Positions 1 to 8,588 of a DNA stretch of 20,000 bases are shown piece by piece. The position numbers and the translations under genes are program-made. The stretch is taken from the IMG/VR virus record IMGVR_UViG_3300033066_000417. The stretch is one strand, 5' to 3'. Each line of letters starts with the position of its first letter. Positions within the stretch are counted from its first letter, which is position 1. Origin of the DNA: an uncultured virus (IMG/VR IMGVR_UViG_3300033066_000417) (taxonomy: Duplodnaviria > Heunggongvirae > Uroviricota > Caudoviricetes). Under the pieces are notes generated by a model that did not search any database, was not told the DNA's origin, and saw only the letters and a list, made by a program, of their open reading frames with translations.

Positions 1-1
1 T

Positions 2-1957
2 TTTAGAAAAATACTTAGAGTTACTGAAACTCTTGCTATGGAAACTGGTATTCCAAATACAATGGAAAATGACATATACTTTCAAAATAAGTATAACTGT
101 TTTGATTTTCCTCAGTTCGGTGAACAATATTATAAGCTTAATGGTGCTGTAAATAACAAAGACTTTCAAAGATTAATAGCAAAAACTACTTCTCAACTAT
201 CTGTGCTTCGTGGCGTAAAATTCCAAGCAGTGACGGGTGGTTATGGAATTCAGTTTGCTAACGATTCATCCATAAAAATAAAAATATTTCCTGCACAACA
301 GCCTCCTCAGACTGTAGATATAATTCAACAGAACACTCAGGTGGCTATCCCAGATAATTACATGATGTATATAACACTATCTGATGCTCAACTGCTTATT
401 ACAGCAGGTGGAGGTGGTGGTTTACCTGTAGAAGAAGGAGACGGTGTAATTGGTGGAGGTGGTGTAGCTGGAAGCTTCTCTACTGCAAGTTTAAGCTCAA
501 GCAATCTAGGTACAACGGTAGGTTCTAACTTAAGAAAGTTTCCTATCTGCTGGCATTATTATAATGCTGTTACAGGGCAACGTTCATTAATATTTTTAGA
601 CGGTACTCTATTAAATTTAGATGATGAAATAACTACAGAAGGTTATCACTCAGCTAATTTAAGAAGAGCTGGTGTAGATGTAGCAAATAACTACATGACA
701 GGTAATTTTGAGATAAGAAAAAATTCTGGAAAAGTAATTTTAACTCAAGGTTCTGAAGGAGTACTAACAAACGATATCACTACTGGTATAGAGTGGAGAA
801 AAGCTCCTCCGTTTAACAGCGTGGTGATAGGTGAGTTTAAAAGATTCATAGCAGGTAACGCTGGTGGTAGCGATGCTCCTCCAAGCGGTATAGAGGACTA
901 TGATTTTTACCTTAATGCTTTTGATAATGATGGTAATAATGGTAAATCATTCGTATTCAAAAAAGATGGTAGAGTTCAAATTGATACTCCAGCCAGAAGT
1001 GCAAAAGATTTATTAAGATTGAATGAAGGTTTTGATAAACGTGGTGATGACCTAGCTAACAACTTTATTTCTGGTAATGTTACTATTGCTAAAAACAACC
1101 CACAACTTATATTACAAGACACTACTTCTACTTCTGGATTCCAAGGTATTCAAGTTAAAAAAGCGGATGGTGGTGGTATTGGATATTTTGAAAGAGAATC
1201 AGAATCTGGAAGTGATTCTATATTTACAGATGGCTACAATGCTGGAGATTGGCTATGGGCTACAACTGATAATAATGGTTTAAACGGGAAAGGTGTAAGG
1301 CTTAGTGTAAATACTGGTCATCTGGTCGTGCCTAAATTACTAGTTCAAACAGATGGTACAGTTGGAGGTACGTTACGTGCCACAGATTTAAAAGTTACTA
1401 CAGTTAATGCTCCTGCCAGTGGCTACGATAGAATTATAAGTGCTAGATACTACCCTACTGCTGGTGTGGAAATTCCTACTGTACAGCTTGAGACTGATTA
1501 TGACAATCTGGCTGGTATACAAAAACTTGTTAACTATTCCGATTCTACATCTTTACCTATAGCTTTTTCTATTTCAAACGGTGGTACTCCTACCTATACA
1601 GGCTTATCAGTTGCATTGCCAGCATACTCTTCTGCATTGATATCAATAAACTTGAATGGTACGGTTATAGGAGATGGTGTGCCTCCTGCTGATGGTGAAG
1701 TGAGGTTTGAAGTTAGAAATTCTTCAAGCACATCTGGAACATTACTACACTCTTTTGTAAGAGAATATCATATAGGTAGCTCAGAGCCAGCAAGTACATT
1801 CCATGGCTGGGGAGCATCTGAAACATTTGTGCTCACATCAGGATATGATAGATTATTCCTATTAGCCAGACAGGTCGAGACAGTGGCTGGAGCTACTGTA
1901 CAATTAAGAAATGATTCTACAGCATACTCTAAAATGACTGCAGTTGTTTTGACATAA
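2..1957 (+). CDS. Virion structural protein, tail fibre / receptor-binding-like (5'-truncated by the window edge)
   Basis: The frame is open from position 2 (FRKILRVTETLA-M), so the true start may lie upstream of ATG 38. The protein is rich in Gly/Thr/Ser/Asn with beta-strand character, has poly-Gly linkers and a ~120-aa internal duplication (AGVDVANNYMTGN...DNDGNNGK vs RGDDLANNFISGN...DNNGLNGK). Confidence 0.6.
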   Translation, partial: FRKILRVTETLAMETGIPNTMENDIYFQNKYNCFDFPQFGEQYYKLNGAVNNKDFQRLIAKTTSQLSVLRGVKFQAVTGGYGIQFANDSSIKIKIFPAQQPPQTVDIIQQNTQVAIPDNYMMYITLSDAQLLITAGGGGGLPVEEGDGVIGGGGVAGSFSTASLSSSNLGTTVGSNLRKFPICWHYYNAVTGQRSLIFLDGTLLNLDDEITTEGYHSANLRRAGVDVANNYMTGNFEIRKNSGKVILTQGSEGVLTNDITTGIEWRKAPPFNSVVIGEFKRFIAGNAGGSDAPPSGIEDYDFYLNAFDNDGNNGKSFVFKKDGRVQIDTPARSAKDLLRLNEGFDKRGDDLANNFISGNVTIAKNNPQLILQDTTSTSGFQGIQVKKADGGGIGYFERESESGSDSIFTDGYNAGDWLWATTDNNGLNGKGVRLSVNTGHLVVPKLLVQTDGTVGGTLRATDLKVTTVNAPASGYDRIISARYYPTAGVEIPTVQLETDYDNLAGIQKLVNYSDSTSLPIAFSISNGGTPTYTGLSVALPAYSSALISINLNGTVIGDGVPPADGEVRFEVRNSSSTSGTLLHSFVREYHIGSSEPASTFHGWGASETFVLTSGYDRLFLLARQVETVAGATVQLRNDSTAYSKMTAVVLT

Positions 1958-1965
1958 TGCGTGAC

Positions 1966-1996
1966 TTGTATTTATGGAAATTTTTAGTTATATTTG
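1966..1996 (+). promoter_or_regulatory. Bacteroidota-type sigma-A promoter (TTG-N20-TATATTTG)
   Basis: TTG at 1966-1968 and TATATTTG at 1989-1996 match the -33 TTTG / -7 TAnnTTTG consensus. It lies in the gap upstream of the 2035 ORF. Confidence 0.7.
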
Positions 1997-2034
1997 AATA
2001 TTAAGGAGAATATTATAATAACTATAATAATATA

Positions 2035-3255
2035 ATGTCTAAAAAATTAAGTAAACCAGAAATATTAGAAGCACATTTACGTGAGAATGTTAATAAAAAA
2101 GACACAGATATAGCTAAAAGCATAAAAAGCACTTACCCAGATTTGTATAAAGGTGTGCAGACAGAGAGCATACGAAAGCAATTAGGTCATTTGAGAAATG
2201 AATTAAACCTACCCCAAGGCACTGAAAAGAAAATACTCACTGTAGAAGAATCTATAGAAGAGGATAAAAGGATAAAAAGCCTTCAAAACAAGAATGCTGA
2301 CTATAAGATAAAGTACGAACATTTATTAAAGCAGGTAGACAAAAAAGACCGAATCATAGACTTGCATACAGAGCTTAGCAAAGTGGTATCTGTGAGTCCT
2401 ATAAGAGTTAACAAGAGTATAGGAAAATCACAAGCTACAGTGTTAACAGCTTTGTCAGATGTGCACATAGAACAGAGGATAGACAAGGCTTCTGTGAATG
2501 GATTAAACGAGTATAACCCAGATATTGCAAAAAGAAGAATCAATAACTATTTTGTCAATCTTGTAAAGCTTATAAAGAAAGAGAGACAGGATGTTGCTAT
2601 ATCTAATTTAGTACTATCACTTCTTGGAGATACGATTCACGGTTATATTCACGAGGAATATCAGCAAACTAACTACATGACCCCAATTCAGGCAAGTCTG
2701 TATGCTTACGAATTATTACTTCAAGGATTTAATTACATACTTGAAAATGATGACAAGTTAGAAACTATAACAGTAGTCTGTAAAGTTGGAAACCATTCCA
2801 GAACTACAGAAAAATCTTATACTGACGCTGAGGCTCTTATGAGCCATGAGTATGGTATATACAAGCATCTGGCAAAACATTTTGAGAATGAAAAAAGAAT
2901 AAATTTTATAATTGAAGAAAGCTATCTTACATACTTAGAGATATATAATAAAACAGTTCGTTTTCACCACGGTCATGCCTTCAGGTATGGTGGCGGTGTT
3001 GGTGGTTTGTATATACCTTTATTAAAATATGTATCTAGATTGCAGGAACAGAGGCATGCAGACATTGATTTTATAGGACATTGGCACACTCATATACATA
3101 TACCTCAAGCTTTAGTAAACGGTTGTGTGTGTGGATTTAGTGCATACAGTTCCAAGTTAGGCTTTAAACCAGAGCCTCCTACTCAACAATTTCAGTTGAT
3201 AGACGCTAATAGAGGTTTTACTTTAAATTTACCAATACTTTTAGAGAGCAATTAA
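2035..3255 (+). CDS. Calcineurin-like metallophosphoesterase with N-terminal helical/coiled-coil extension
   Basis: All five metallophosphoesterase motifs are present: SDVH, LGD, GNHSR, FHHGH, GHWH. Confidence 0.85.
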   Translation: MSKKLSKPEILEAHLRENVNKKDTDIAKSIKSTYPDLYKGVQTESIRKQLGHLRNELNLPQGTEKKILTVEESIEEDKRIKSLQNKNADYKIKYEHLLKQVDKKDRIIDLHTELSKVVSVSPIRVNKSIGKSQATVLTALSDVHIEQRIDKASVNGLNEYNPDIAKRRINNYFVNLVKLIKKERQDVAISNLVLSLLGDTIHGYIHEEYQQTNYMTPIQASLYAYELLLQGFNYILENDDKLETITVVCKVGNHSRTTEKSYTDAEALMSHEYGIYKHLAKHFENEKRINFIIEESYLTYLEIYNKTVRFHHGHAFRYGGGVGGLYIPLLKYVSRLQEQRHADIDFIGHWHTHIHIPQALVNGCVCGFSAYSSKLGFKPEPPTQQFQLIDANRGFTLNLPILLESN

Positions 3256-3308
3256 TAACGAGACTAATGGGAAGTTAATGTGAAGATGAATAATTTTATG
3301 ACACAAAC

Positions 3309-3842
3309 GTGGACTCAAAATATTATAATGAAAATGCTTATGTTGACATAGGTAAGTTGCTTGATGATGAGGATAAAGAATTACACAAAGAATATAAAAA
3401 AGTAACAGGAAAAAATTATGACCCAGATAAAGCGTGGGACTTGTTACAACAGCAAAAAGATAAAGACTTAAACTTAGTTCATAAAGCTAGGGCTGGAAGT
3501 ATAGAGGCTAGAAATTACCTCTTTATAAAACATTTACCTACTATAAAAGGGTGGTTAAAATCTATGAAGCATATAAAGCCAATAGACTTTAACGATAAGC
3601 TTCATGATTGTTTTTTTGTAATGATGCTGGCAATTGATGAGTTTGATGAAAAGAAGAATGATAACTTTTTACGTTTTTGTAAAATGTTCATTCCACAAAG
3701 ATTGATAAATGATTATAAAAGTAAAAAGAATAGATACGAAACAATATACCATGATAATATAGATGACTATGATGAAAATAATCCATTCATGACGTTACCT
3801 CCAAGCATGCAAAACCATGAAAAAGAATACGAGCTTACATAA
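3309..3842 (+). CDS. Sigma-70-like protein containing only region 1.2/2
   Basis: KARAGSIEARNYLFIKHLPTI...DKLHDCFFVMMLAIDEFDEKKNDNFLRFCKMFIPQRL aligns by eye with sigma-70 region 2 (AREKLI..NLRLV...DLIQEG.IGL..A.EKFD...G.KFSTYA.WWI). There is no region 4 HTH. GTG start. Confidence 0.7.
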   Translation: MDSKYYNENAYVDIGKLLDDEDKELHKEYKKVTGKNYDPDKAWDLLQQQKDKDLNLVHKARAGSIEARNYLFIKHLPTIKGWLKSMKHIKPIDFNDKLHDCFFVMMLAIDEFDEKKNDNFLRFCKMFIPQRLINDYKSKKNRYETIYHDNIDDYDENNPFMTLPPSMQNHEKEYELT

Positions 3843-4191
3843 AGTAGAACAAAAATTACGAGAACTAGAAGAACGTAAAAAAAATTTACACACAGAAGAA
3901 TACAAAAAACTATTCAAAGATACACAAGAACTTTACACAAAAATACTTAGAAACACAAACTTTCGTTTCTCCTTAACCGACCATGCAGTAGTTGAGTACC
4001 AGACAGATGTAGAATTTCTACCTCCTGCTCAGGCTAAATTTAACATACTGTATGCAGTGGAATCCTATTTCAACCTTCACCCTCAAATTGATATAAAATC
4101 TCTTAAAGATGTTATATACAGACCTAATATAGATGGTATAATTTACGTTATAAAGAATAACAAAGTTATAACCACTTATCCAGCCGATTAA
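3817..4191 (+). CDS. Hypothetical protein: N-terminal coiled coil plus LTDHA...YVIKNNKVIT domain (DUF4258/RelE-like fold suspected)
   Basis: Intact ORF overlapping the sigma-like gene by 26 nt. The 'TDHA' helix and C-terminal beta hairpin pattern resemble small BECR-like phage domains. Confidence 0.5.
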   Translation: MKKNTSLHKVEQKLRELEERKKNLHTEEYKKLFKDTQELYTKILRNTNFRFSLTDHAVVEYQTDVEFLPPAQAKFNILYAVESYFNLHPQIDIKSLKDVIYRPNIDGIIYVIKNNKVITTYPAD

Positions 4192-4211
4192 AAAGGTACC
4201 AAATTTATGCA

Positions 4212-4270
4212 TTGTTTTTCTCATTTCTTTCCCCTATACTTGTAATAGAAAGTTAAACAATAAGGAGAAA
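4212..4270 (+). promoter_or_regulatory. Promoter TTG-N20-TATACTTG plus leader with AAGGAG; copy 1 of a 39-bp repeat
   Basis: TTG at 4212-4214, TATACTTG at 4235-4242, and TAAGGAGA at 4261-4268 just before ATG 4273. Confidence 0.8.
4232..4270 (+). repeat. 39-bp exact direct repeat, copy 1 (copy 2 at 5402-5440)
   Basis: CCCTATACTTGTAATAGAAAGTTAAACAATAAGGAGAAA is identical at both positions, 1170 bp apart. Confidence 0.95.
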
Positions 4271-4272
4271 AA

Positions 4273-5340
4273 ATGAAATCATCTAAATTAATCCCGTTTT
4301 TAGTGTTCTGCATCAAGACCAGACGTGTTGTTTTAGTAACAGGTCAAGCTGGTGGTGGCAAAACTGATAACATCTTACAGGCTGTAGCTTTTGTGGATGC
4401 TGAAGATAGGAATGCTCATAAAGCAAATAAGAATGACAAGAGAACTGCGGATGAGGTTGGCTGTGACGTTATAATCAGTCATCCAGTAGTAAGTGACCCT
4501 ACTGACTTTAAAGGCTTACCAATGCCCTCTAAAGATGGTTTAACAGCAAACTTCTTACCCTTCGGAGACTTACAGAGACTTATGACTGCAAAAAGGCTCA
4601 CAGTCTTCTTCATAGATGACCTTGGGCAGGCTTCACCAGCAGTACAAGCTTCAATCATGCAGTTACTCTTAGCCAGAGAAATCAATGGCAAAAAAATCTC
4701 TGATAATGTTGTGTTTATGATGGCAACAAACAGGAAACAGGACAAAGCTGGTGTAGTAGGAATACTGGAACCTGTTAAATCAAGATGTGATGCTATTGTT
4801 GAATATGATATTGACTCGAATGACTGGATTAACTGGGCGTTTGACCATAACATGCCAATAGAGTTAATCGCATACGTTCAGCTTAAACCTACAGTTCTAA
4901 CAGAAGGTAAACCTTCCAATGACATAGTAAACACACCCTGCCCTAGAACAATAGCGAAAGCTGGCAAGTTCTTAACAGACGGTCTCCCTGAAGAGTTCCA
5001 GTCTGAAGCTTTCGAAGGTGCATGTGGAAAAGGTTTTGCAATAGAGTTTTCCAGTTTTTTAAAGCTTGTAAAAGAAATGCCAAGCTTGGATGAAGTAATC
5101 AACAATCCTGATAATGTAGCTATCCCAGCTAAATTGGATATCCAGTATGCTCTCTGTGGTGCTCTTGTAAATGCAGTGAATGCAGTGAAGATGCCTAACG
5201 TTGTAAAGTTCATGAGCAGGCTTCCTGAAGAGTTCCAGATGTTCACTCAGAAAGCAATAGCTTGTGCTAAACCGAAGTTAACAAAAGAATACAGCTACAT
5301 GCAGTGGTCAGCAAAACTAGCTTCAAGTTTGGTAGACTAG
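4273..5340 (+). CDS. MoxR-like AAA+ ATPase (type associated with DUF2201 vWA proteins)
   Basis: Walker A GQAGGGKT, DPTDFKGLP motif, Walker B FFIDD, sensor ATNR, arginine finger VKSR, and PCPRT. Confidence 0.9.
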   Translation: MKSSKLIPFLVFCIKTRRVVLVTGQAGGGKTDNILQAVAFVDAEDRNAHKANKNDKRTADEVGCDVIISHPVVSDPTDFKGLPMPSKDGLTANFLPFGDLQRLMTAKRLTVFFIDDLGQASPAVQASIMQLLLAREINGKKISDNVVFMMATNRKQDKAGVVGILEPVKSRCDAIVEYDIDSNDWINWAFDHNMPIELIAYVQLKPTVLTEGKPSNDIVNTPCPRTIAKAGKFLTDGLPEEFQSEAFEGACGKGFAIEFSSFLKLVKEMPSLDEVINNPDNVAIPAKLDIQYALCGALVNAVNAVKMPNVVKFMSRLPEEFQMFTQKAIACAKPKLTKEYSYMQWSAKLASSLVD

Positions 5341-5349
5341 ATGAATCCC

Positions 5350-5378
5350 AATCCCCTAGAAATAGGGGATTTTTTTTT
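5350..5378 (+). terminator. Rho-independent terminator
   Basis: Perfect AATCCCCTA-GAAA-TAGGGGATT hairpin followed by a T run, 10 nt after the AAA stop codon. Confidence 0.9.
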
Positions 5379-5381
5379 ACC

Positions 5382-5440
5382 TTGTTTTTTAAAAAGATTT
5401 ACCCTATACTTGTAATAGAAAGTTAAACAATAAGGAGAAA
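5382..5440 (+). promoter_or_regulatory. Promoter TTG-N20-TATACTTG plus leader with AAGGAG; copy 2 of the 39-bp repeat
   Basis: TTG at 5382-5384, TATACTTG at 5405-5412, and TAAGGAGA at 5431-5438 before ATG 5447. Confidence 0.8.
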
Positions 5441-5446
5441 TTAAAA

Positions 5447-6331
5447 ATGAGTAAGACAATAGCAGATACAAAAGTAGTAGCAGTAGTAGATGGCAAGATA
5501 AATGTTACTGAAAATGCGTTAATAGTAGCAGTAAGTATCTCTCAGTGGGTTGCCAGAAAACAGGATAAGATAGCTACAAAAGCTGTAGAAAAAAAGTTTG
5601 ATACATCTGGTAATGCAGGTGCTTTCCAGAAAGCTTTAGTTGATTCAGAACTGCTTAAAGAAATCCAGCAGATAGCCTCAGAGTTACGCACATACCACAA
5701 CACCAACACTTTGCCGTGGGGTGATAATGGGGACAGGTTCTTACCGATGACAAACTACCATGAATATATGGGTGTAATCTCTCAGCTCAAAGCAAAGTTT
5801 GAAGATAAAGTAAAAGAGTTTGAAAAAGAATATCCAGCACTGAAAGCTGATGCAAGAATGAGACTAAATGGTCTTTTCAGTGAAGATGACTATCCGAATG
5901 ATATCTCTTCAAAGTTTGGAATAAGAATAAGACCTATGCCAGTACCTGCAACAGAGCACATGAATGTTAATCTTCCAGAAGAAGAGCTTAAAAGACTTAA
6001 AGAAGAAATGGGAATTGAAGTTGAAAACCGTCTCCAGACTGCAATCAATGATATCTTCAAACGTTTGGAAAAGACTGTATATAATATGGTTGAAAGACTT
6101 AAGGATGTTGATAATAAGTTCAAAGACAGTCTGGTTGATAATGTAAAAGATATCATCAAACTGGCTCCAAAGTTGAATGTTTATAATGACCCAAAGATTA
6201 CAGAGCTTTGCAAAGACATGAAGAAGTTAGTTGTTAACCCTAATCTGCTCAGAGCTGATGTAATAACAAGGAAAGAAACCTGCAAGAAAGCAGAAGACAT
6301 CCTGAAGAAAATGAAATCCTTTGTAGCGTAG
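5447..6331 (+). CDS. DUF3150-like helical protein
   Basis: Pattern 'VSISQW.ARKQD...K.L...TLPW.DNG.R.LP...F...YP.L...A...L..LF...DYP...F.DSL...LN...DP' and position between the AAA ATPase and vWA genes, recalled as typical for this family. Confidence 0.7.
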   Translation: MSKTIADTKVVAVVDGKINVTENALIVAVSISQWVARKQDKIATKAVEKKFDTSGNAGAFQKALVDSELLKEIQQIASELRTYHNTNTLPWGDNGDRFLPMTNYHEYMGVISQLKAKFEDKVKEFEKEYPALKADARMRLNGLFSEDDYPNDISSKFGIRIRPMPVPATEHMNVNLPEEELKRLKEEMGIEVENRLQTAINDIFKRLEKTVYNMVERLKDVDNKFKDSLVDNVKDIIKLAPKLNVYNDPKITELCKDMKKLVVNPNLLRADVITRKETCKKAEDILKKMKSFVA

Positions 6332-6345
6332 TTTAACTTTCTAAT

Positions 6346-6377
6346 GGAGAGGGCATATTGCTCTCTCCTAATTTTTT
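6346..6377 (+). terminator. Probable rho-independent terminator
   Basis: GGAGAGGGCA-TAT-TGCTCTCTCC forms a 10-bp stem (one G-T pair), followed by TAATTTTTT. Confidence 0.75.
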
Positions 6378-6390
6378 ATAATAAAAAAAA

Positions 6391-6714
6391 ATGGAAAAAG
6401 TATTTAATGCAATAGTAGATTTTATTAAAACTAATGAACTTGAAGAGAACGTTATAAAAATAGAGAGGTATGGTAATGGAACAATTGAACAGCTTAAATC
6501 TAATGAGTGGGGCATTATGCTGGCTTACACAGATGAGGAAGTAAGAGAAATAGGTGACTATGAGTTTGAAGATATGTTTATAGACTATGATGAAGAAATG
6601 AATGAAAAGTATAAAGAAGATGGTATTGCTTTTGATACAGAAGAAGCAGACCCTGCTGTAGGTCAGGCTTATGTAAAAGTTACTTATACACCTAAAGAGA
6701 GGACACAAGCATAA
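6391..6714 (+). CDS. Hypothetical acidic protein
   Basis: 107-aa ORF with A-rich leader and high Glu/Asp content. Confidence 0.75.
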   Translation: MEKVFNAIVDFIKTNELEENVIKIERYGNGTIEQLKSNEWGIMLAYTDEEVREIGDYEFEDMFIDYDEEMNEKYKEDGIAFDTEEADPAVGQAYVKVTYTPKERTQA

Positions 6715-6715
6715 A

Positions 6716-7087
6716 ATGGGATACGAAATAAAATTAATTTTAGGAAGAACCACTGACCAAGGAAGTGAACAAAAATGGTTTCGTGAAGCAGGGGCTCTGG
6801 ACATAGGAAAATTTAATGACAATGAGCTTGGTAAACTAAAAAGCGTACTTGAGAAGAATGAGACAGGAGCTACAGAGGTTTTTATTTATGAGTCTGATGG
6901 AAATACTAAATGTTATGAAGATAAATATGGCAATGCTCTTGTTCCTACACTTACATGGATAGTTGCAGAAGCTCTGGAGCAGGATAATAAGATATACGAA
7001 AACGAAGAGTTAGAAGCAATTATACCATTTTTAAGAGAGATTTCTAAAAATCCGTACTGGCATAATTGTATAATTTTTGGTCACTAA
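6716..7087 (+). CDS. Hypothetical phage protein
   Basis: 123-aa ORF coupled to the previous gene (TAA-A-ATG), with motif 'EDKYG..L' and C-terminal 'FGH'. Confidence 0.8.
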   Translation: MGYEIKLILGRTTDQGSEQKWFREAGALDIGKFNDNELGKLKSVLEKNETGATEVFIYESDGNTKCYEDKYGNALVPTLTWIVAEALEQDNKIYENEELEAIIPFLREISKNPYWHNCIIFGH

Positions 7088-7095
7088 TTTATACC

Positions 7096-7126
7096 TTGTT
7101 TTTTACGATTCTTTGTTGTAACTTTG
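7096..7126 (+). promoter_or_regulatory. Bacteroidota-type promoter (TTG-N20-TAACTTTG)
   Basis: TACCTTGTTTTTT with TTG at 7096-7098 and TAACTTTG at 7119-7126, upstream of ATG 7149. Confidence 0.8.
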
Positions 7127-7148
7127 TATTATAATTAAACAATTAAAA

Positions 7149-8255
7149 ATGACCGAGAAGATAATAAAAGGCAGACAACAGTTACTTTTGACCCACAGTT
7201 TCTGGGCATCCATGACCTTAAATCTTCCTTTAATAGAAGATAAGACCATAAAAACAGCCTGTACTGATGGAACCAGCATAAGGTATAATCCAGCCTTTAC
7301 AGAGGCTCTGAGTGTGTCTGAGGCTAGCTGTTTACTGGCTCATGAAGTGGCTCATGTCATGCTTACACACCATCTTAGACGTGCAGGAAGAGACAATAAG
7401 AAGTGGAACGTGGCTTGTGACTATGTTATAAACCCTCTTTTAGTTGCTGATGGTTTTGAACTTCCAAAAGGCGGTCTTTTAAATGATGCTTATAAAGATA
7501 TGAATGCTGAGCAGGTTTATAATTTACTGCCTGATAGTGATGATGATAACGGTGATGGTGATGGAGATGGTGGTTCAGGCTTTGGAGACGTTGAAGATTA
7601 TCCTGAAAAGAATAAAGTAAGCAAAGATGAACATGAAGCTCAGGTACAGCAGATGGTAGCACAGGCTGAGAACTTAGCAAAACAACAGGGCAATATGCCA
7701 GCAGGTATGGCAAGGATTGTAGAAAATATCTTAAATCCACAGCTACCATGGCAGGAGATTCTTGCAAGATTCATATCAGCACCAGTAAAAGATGATTATA
7801 GCTGGAGAAAACCTAACTCAAGGTATGCACACATGGGAATGTATCTTCCTAGCTTGTACAGTGAAAAACTTCAGAAAGGTGTTTACGCTGGTGATACTTC
7901 AATTTCAATGGATAAAAAAGAGATAGCTGAAGAAGTAGCAGAGATAACCAGTGTATGCGATTTATATAATCAGGATATGACAGTTATATGGTGTGATTCA
8001 AAAGTAGCTGGAGTAGAAGAGATTGAAGCATTCGGTGACAGACAGATAAATCCAGTTGGTGGTGGTGGAACAGATTTTGCCCCAGTGTTTGACTATGTTG
8101 AAGAGAATGAAATCAATCCAGCTTGGTTAGTATATCACACAGATGGTGAATGTAACAGTTATCCAGCAGTTGAACCTGAATACCCAGTTATCTGGATTTG
8201 CACTGGTGAAAATTTTAATCCTCCTTTTGGAGAAGTAATTTATAAAAACAGTTAA
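7149..8255 (+). CDS. DUF2201-like protein: N-terminal HExxH metallopeptidase-like domain plus C-terminal vWA domain
   Basis: TACTDG, AHEVAHVMLTHHLRR, WNVACDYVIN, an acidic Gly/Asp linker, MIDAS-like DTSIS, GGGGTDF and YHTDG. Confidence 0.9.
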   Translation: MTEKIIKGRQQLLLTHSFWASMTLNLPLIEDKTIKTACTDGTSIRYNPAFTEALSVSEASCLLAHEVAHVMLTHHLRRAGRDNKKWNVACDYVINPLLVADGFELPKGGLLNDAYKDMNAEQVYNLLPDSDDDNGDGDGDGGSGFGDVEDYPEKNKVSKDEHEAQVQQMVAQAENLAKQQGNMPAGMARIVENILNPQLPWQEILARFISAPVKDDYSWRKPNSRYAHMGMYLPSLYSEKLQKGVYAGDTSISMDKKEIAEEVAEITSVCDLYNQDMTVIWCDSKVAGVEEIEAFGDRQINPVGGGGTDFAPVFDYVEENEINPAWLVYHTDGECNSYPAVEPEYPVIWICTGENFNPPFGEVIYKNS

Positions 8256-8278
8256 AAGGCTTAGGAAGGAAAAATAAA

Positions 8279-8455
8279 ATGAAGACATTTTCTAAAACAG
8301 TAAGAGCACGTAACAGAAGAAAGTCGGCATATGCAAGACTGGAAAAACAGCTCAAGACAGGTACCAAAAATACAAAAGAAGGCGTGAAAGAGTTAACCGA
8401 TAAAGATGTTGCCAGAATCAACACAGAGATGGTTACTCTGGAAGAAAGATTATAA
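8279..8455 (+). CDS. Small basic helical protein (58 aa, not in the supplied ORF track)
   Basis: MKTFSKTVRARNRRKSAYARLEKQLKTGTKNTKEGVKELTDKDVARINTEMVTLEERL; A-rich leader; fills the gap after the vWA gene. Confidence 0.75.
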   Translation: MKTFSKTVRARNRRKSAYARLEKQLKTGTKNTKEGVKELTDKDVARINTEMVTLEERL

Positions 8456-8472
8456 TAGCTAAAGCGTAGCTA

Positions 8473-8588
8473 GTAGAGGTAGCTTCAATTGGCAGAGCAG
8501 TGCGAGATGTTGTAGTTGATAACAACACGGTAACTCTGAAAAGAGTGAAACACGCCTCAGTTTGGAGGTTCGAGTCCTCCCCTCTACA
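8473..8588 (+). ncRNA. tRNA-like RNA with anticodon loop replaced by a ~48-nt structured insert
   Basis: Perfect 7-bp acceptor stem GTAGAGG (8473-8479) / CCTCTAC (8581-8587) with A discriminator; TA at positions 8-9; D arm GCTTCAATTGGCAGAGC; perfect T arm GGAGG-TTCGAGT-CCTCC (8564-8580). The central region is too long for a normal tRNA and folds into two hairpins. Confidence 0.8.

Noticed and set aside
4232..5440. CRISPR array or attachment sites from the 39-bp repeat
   Set aside because: There are only two copies, 1170 bp apart, both explained as promoter plus RBS. No cas or integrase gene is in the window.
7533..7575. GATGAT/GGTGAT low-complexity repeat
   Set aside because: It encodes the Asp/Gly linker normal for DUF2201-like proteins.
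8505..8555. Hammerhead ribozyme inside the tRNA-like RNA (hairpin followed by GAAAC)
   Set aside because: The required CUGANGA core before stem II is absent (CGGTA instead), and no suitable stem III/NUH site was found.
8473..8588. Ordinary tRNA, or tRNA with a group I intron
   Set aside because: There is no 7-nt anticodon loop on a 5-bp stem at the canonical position, and the 48-nt insert is far too short for a group I intron.
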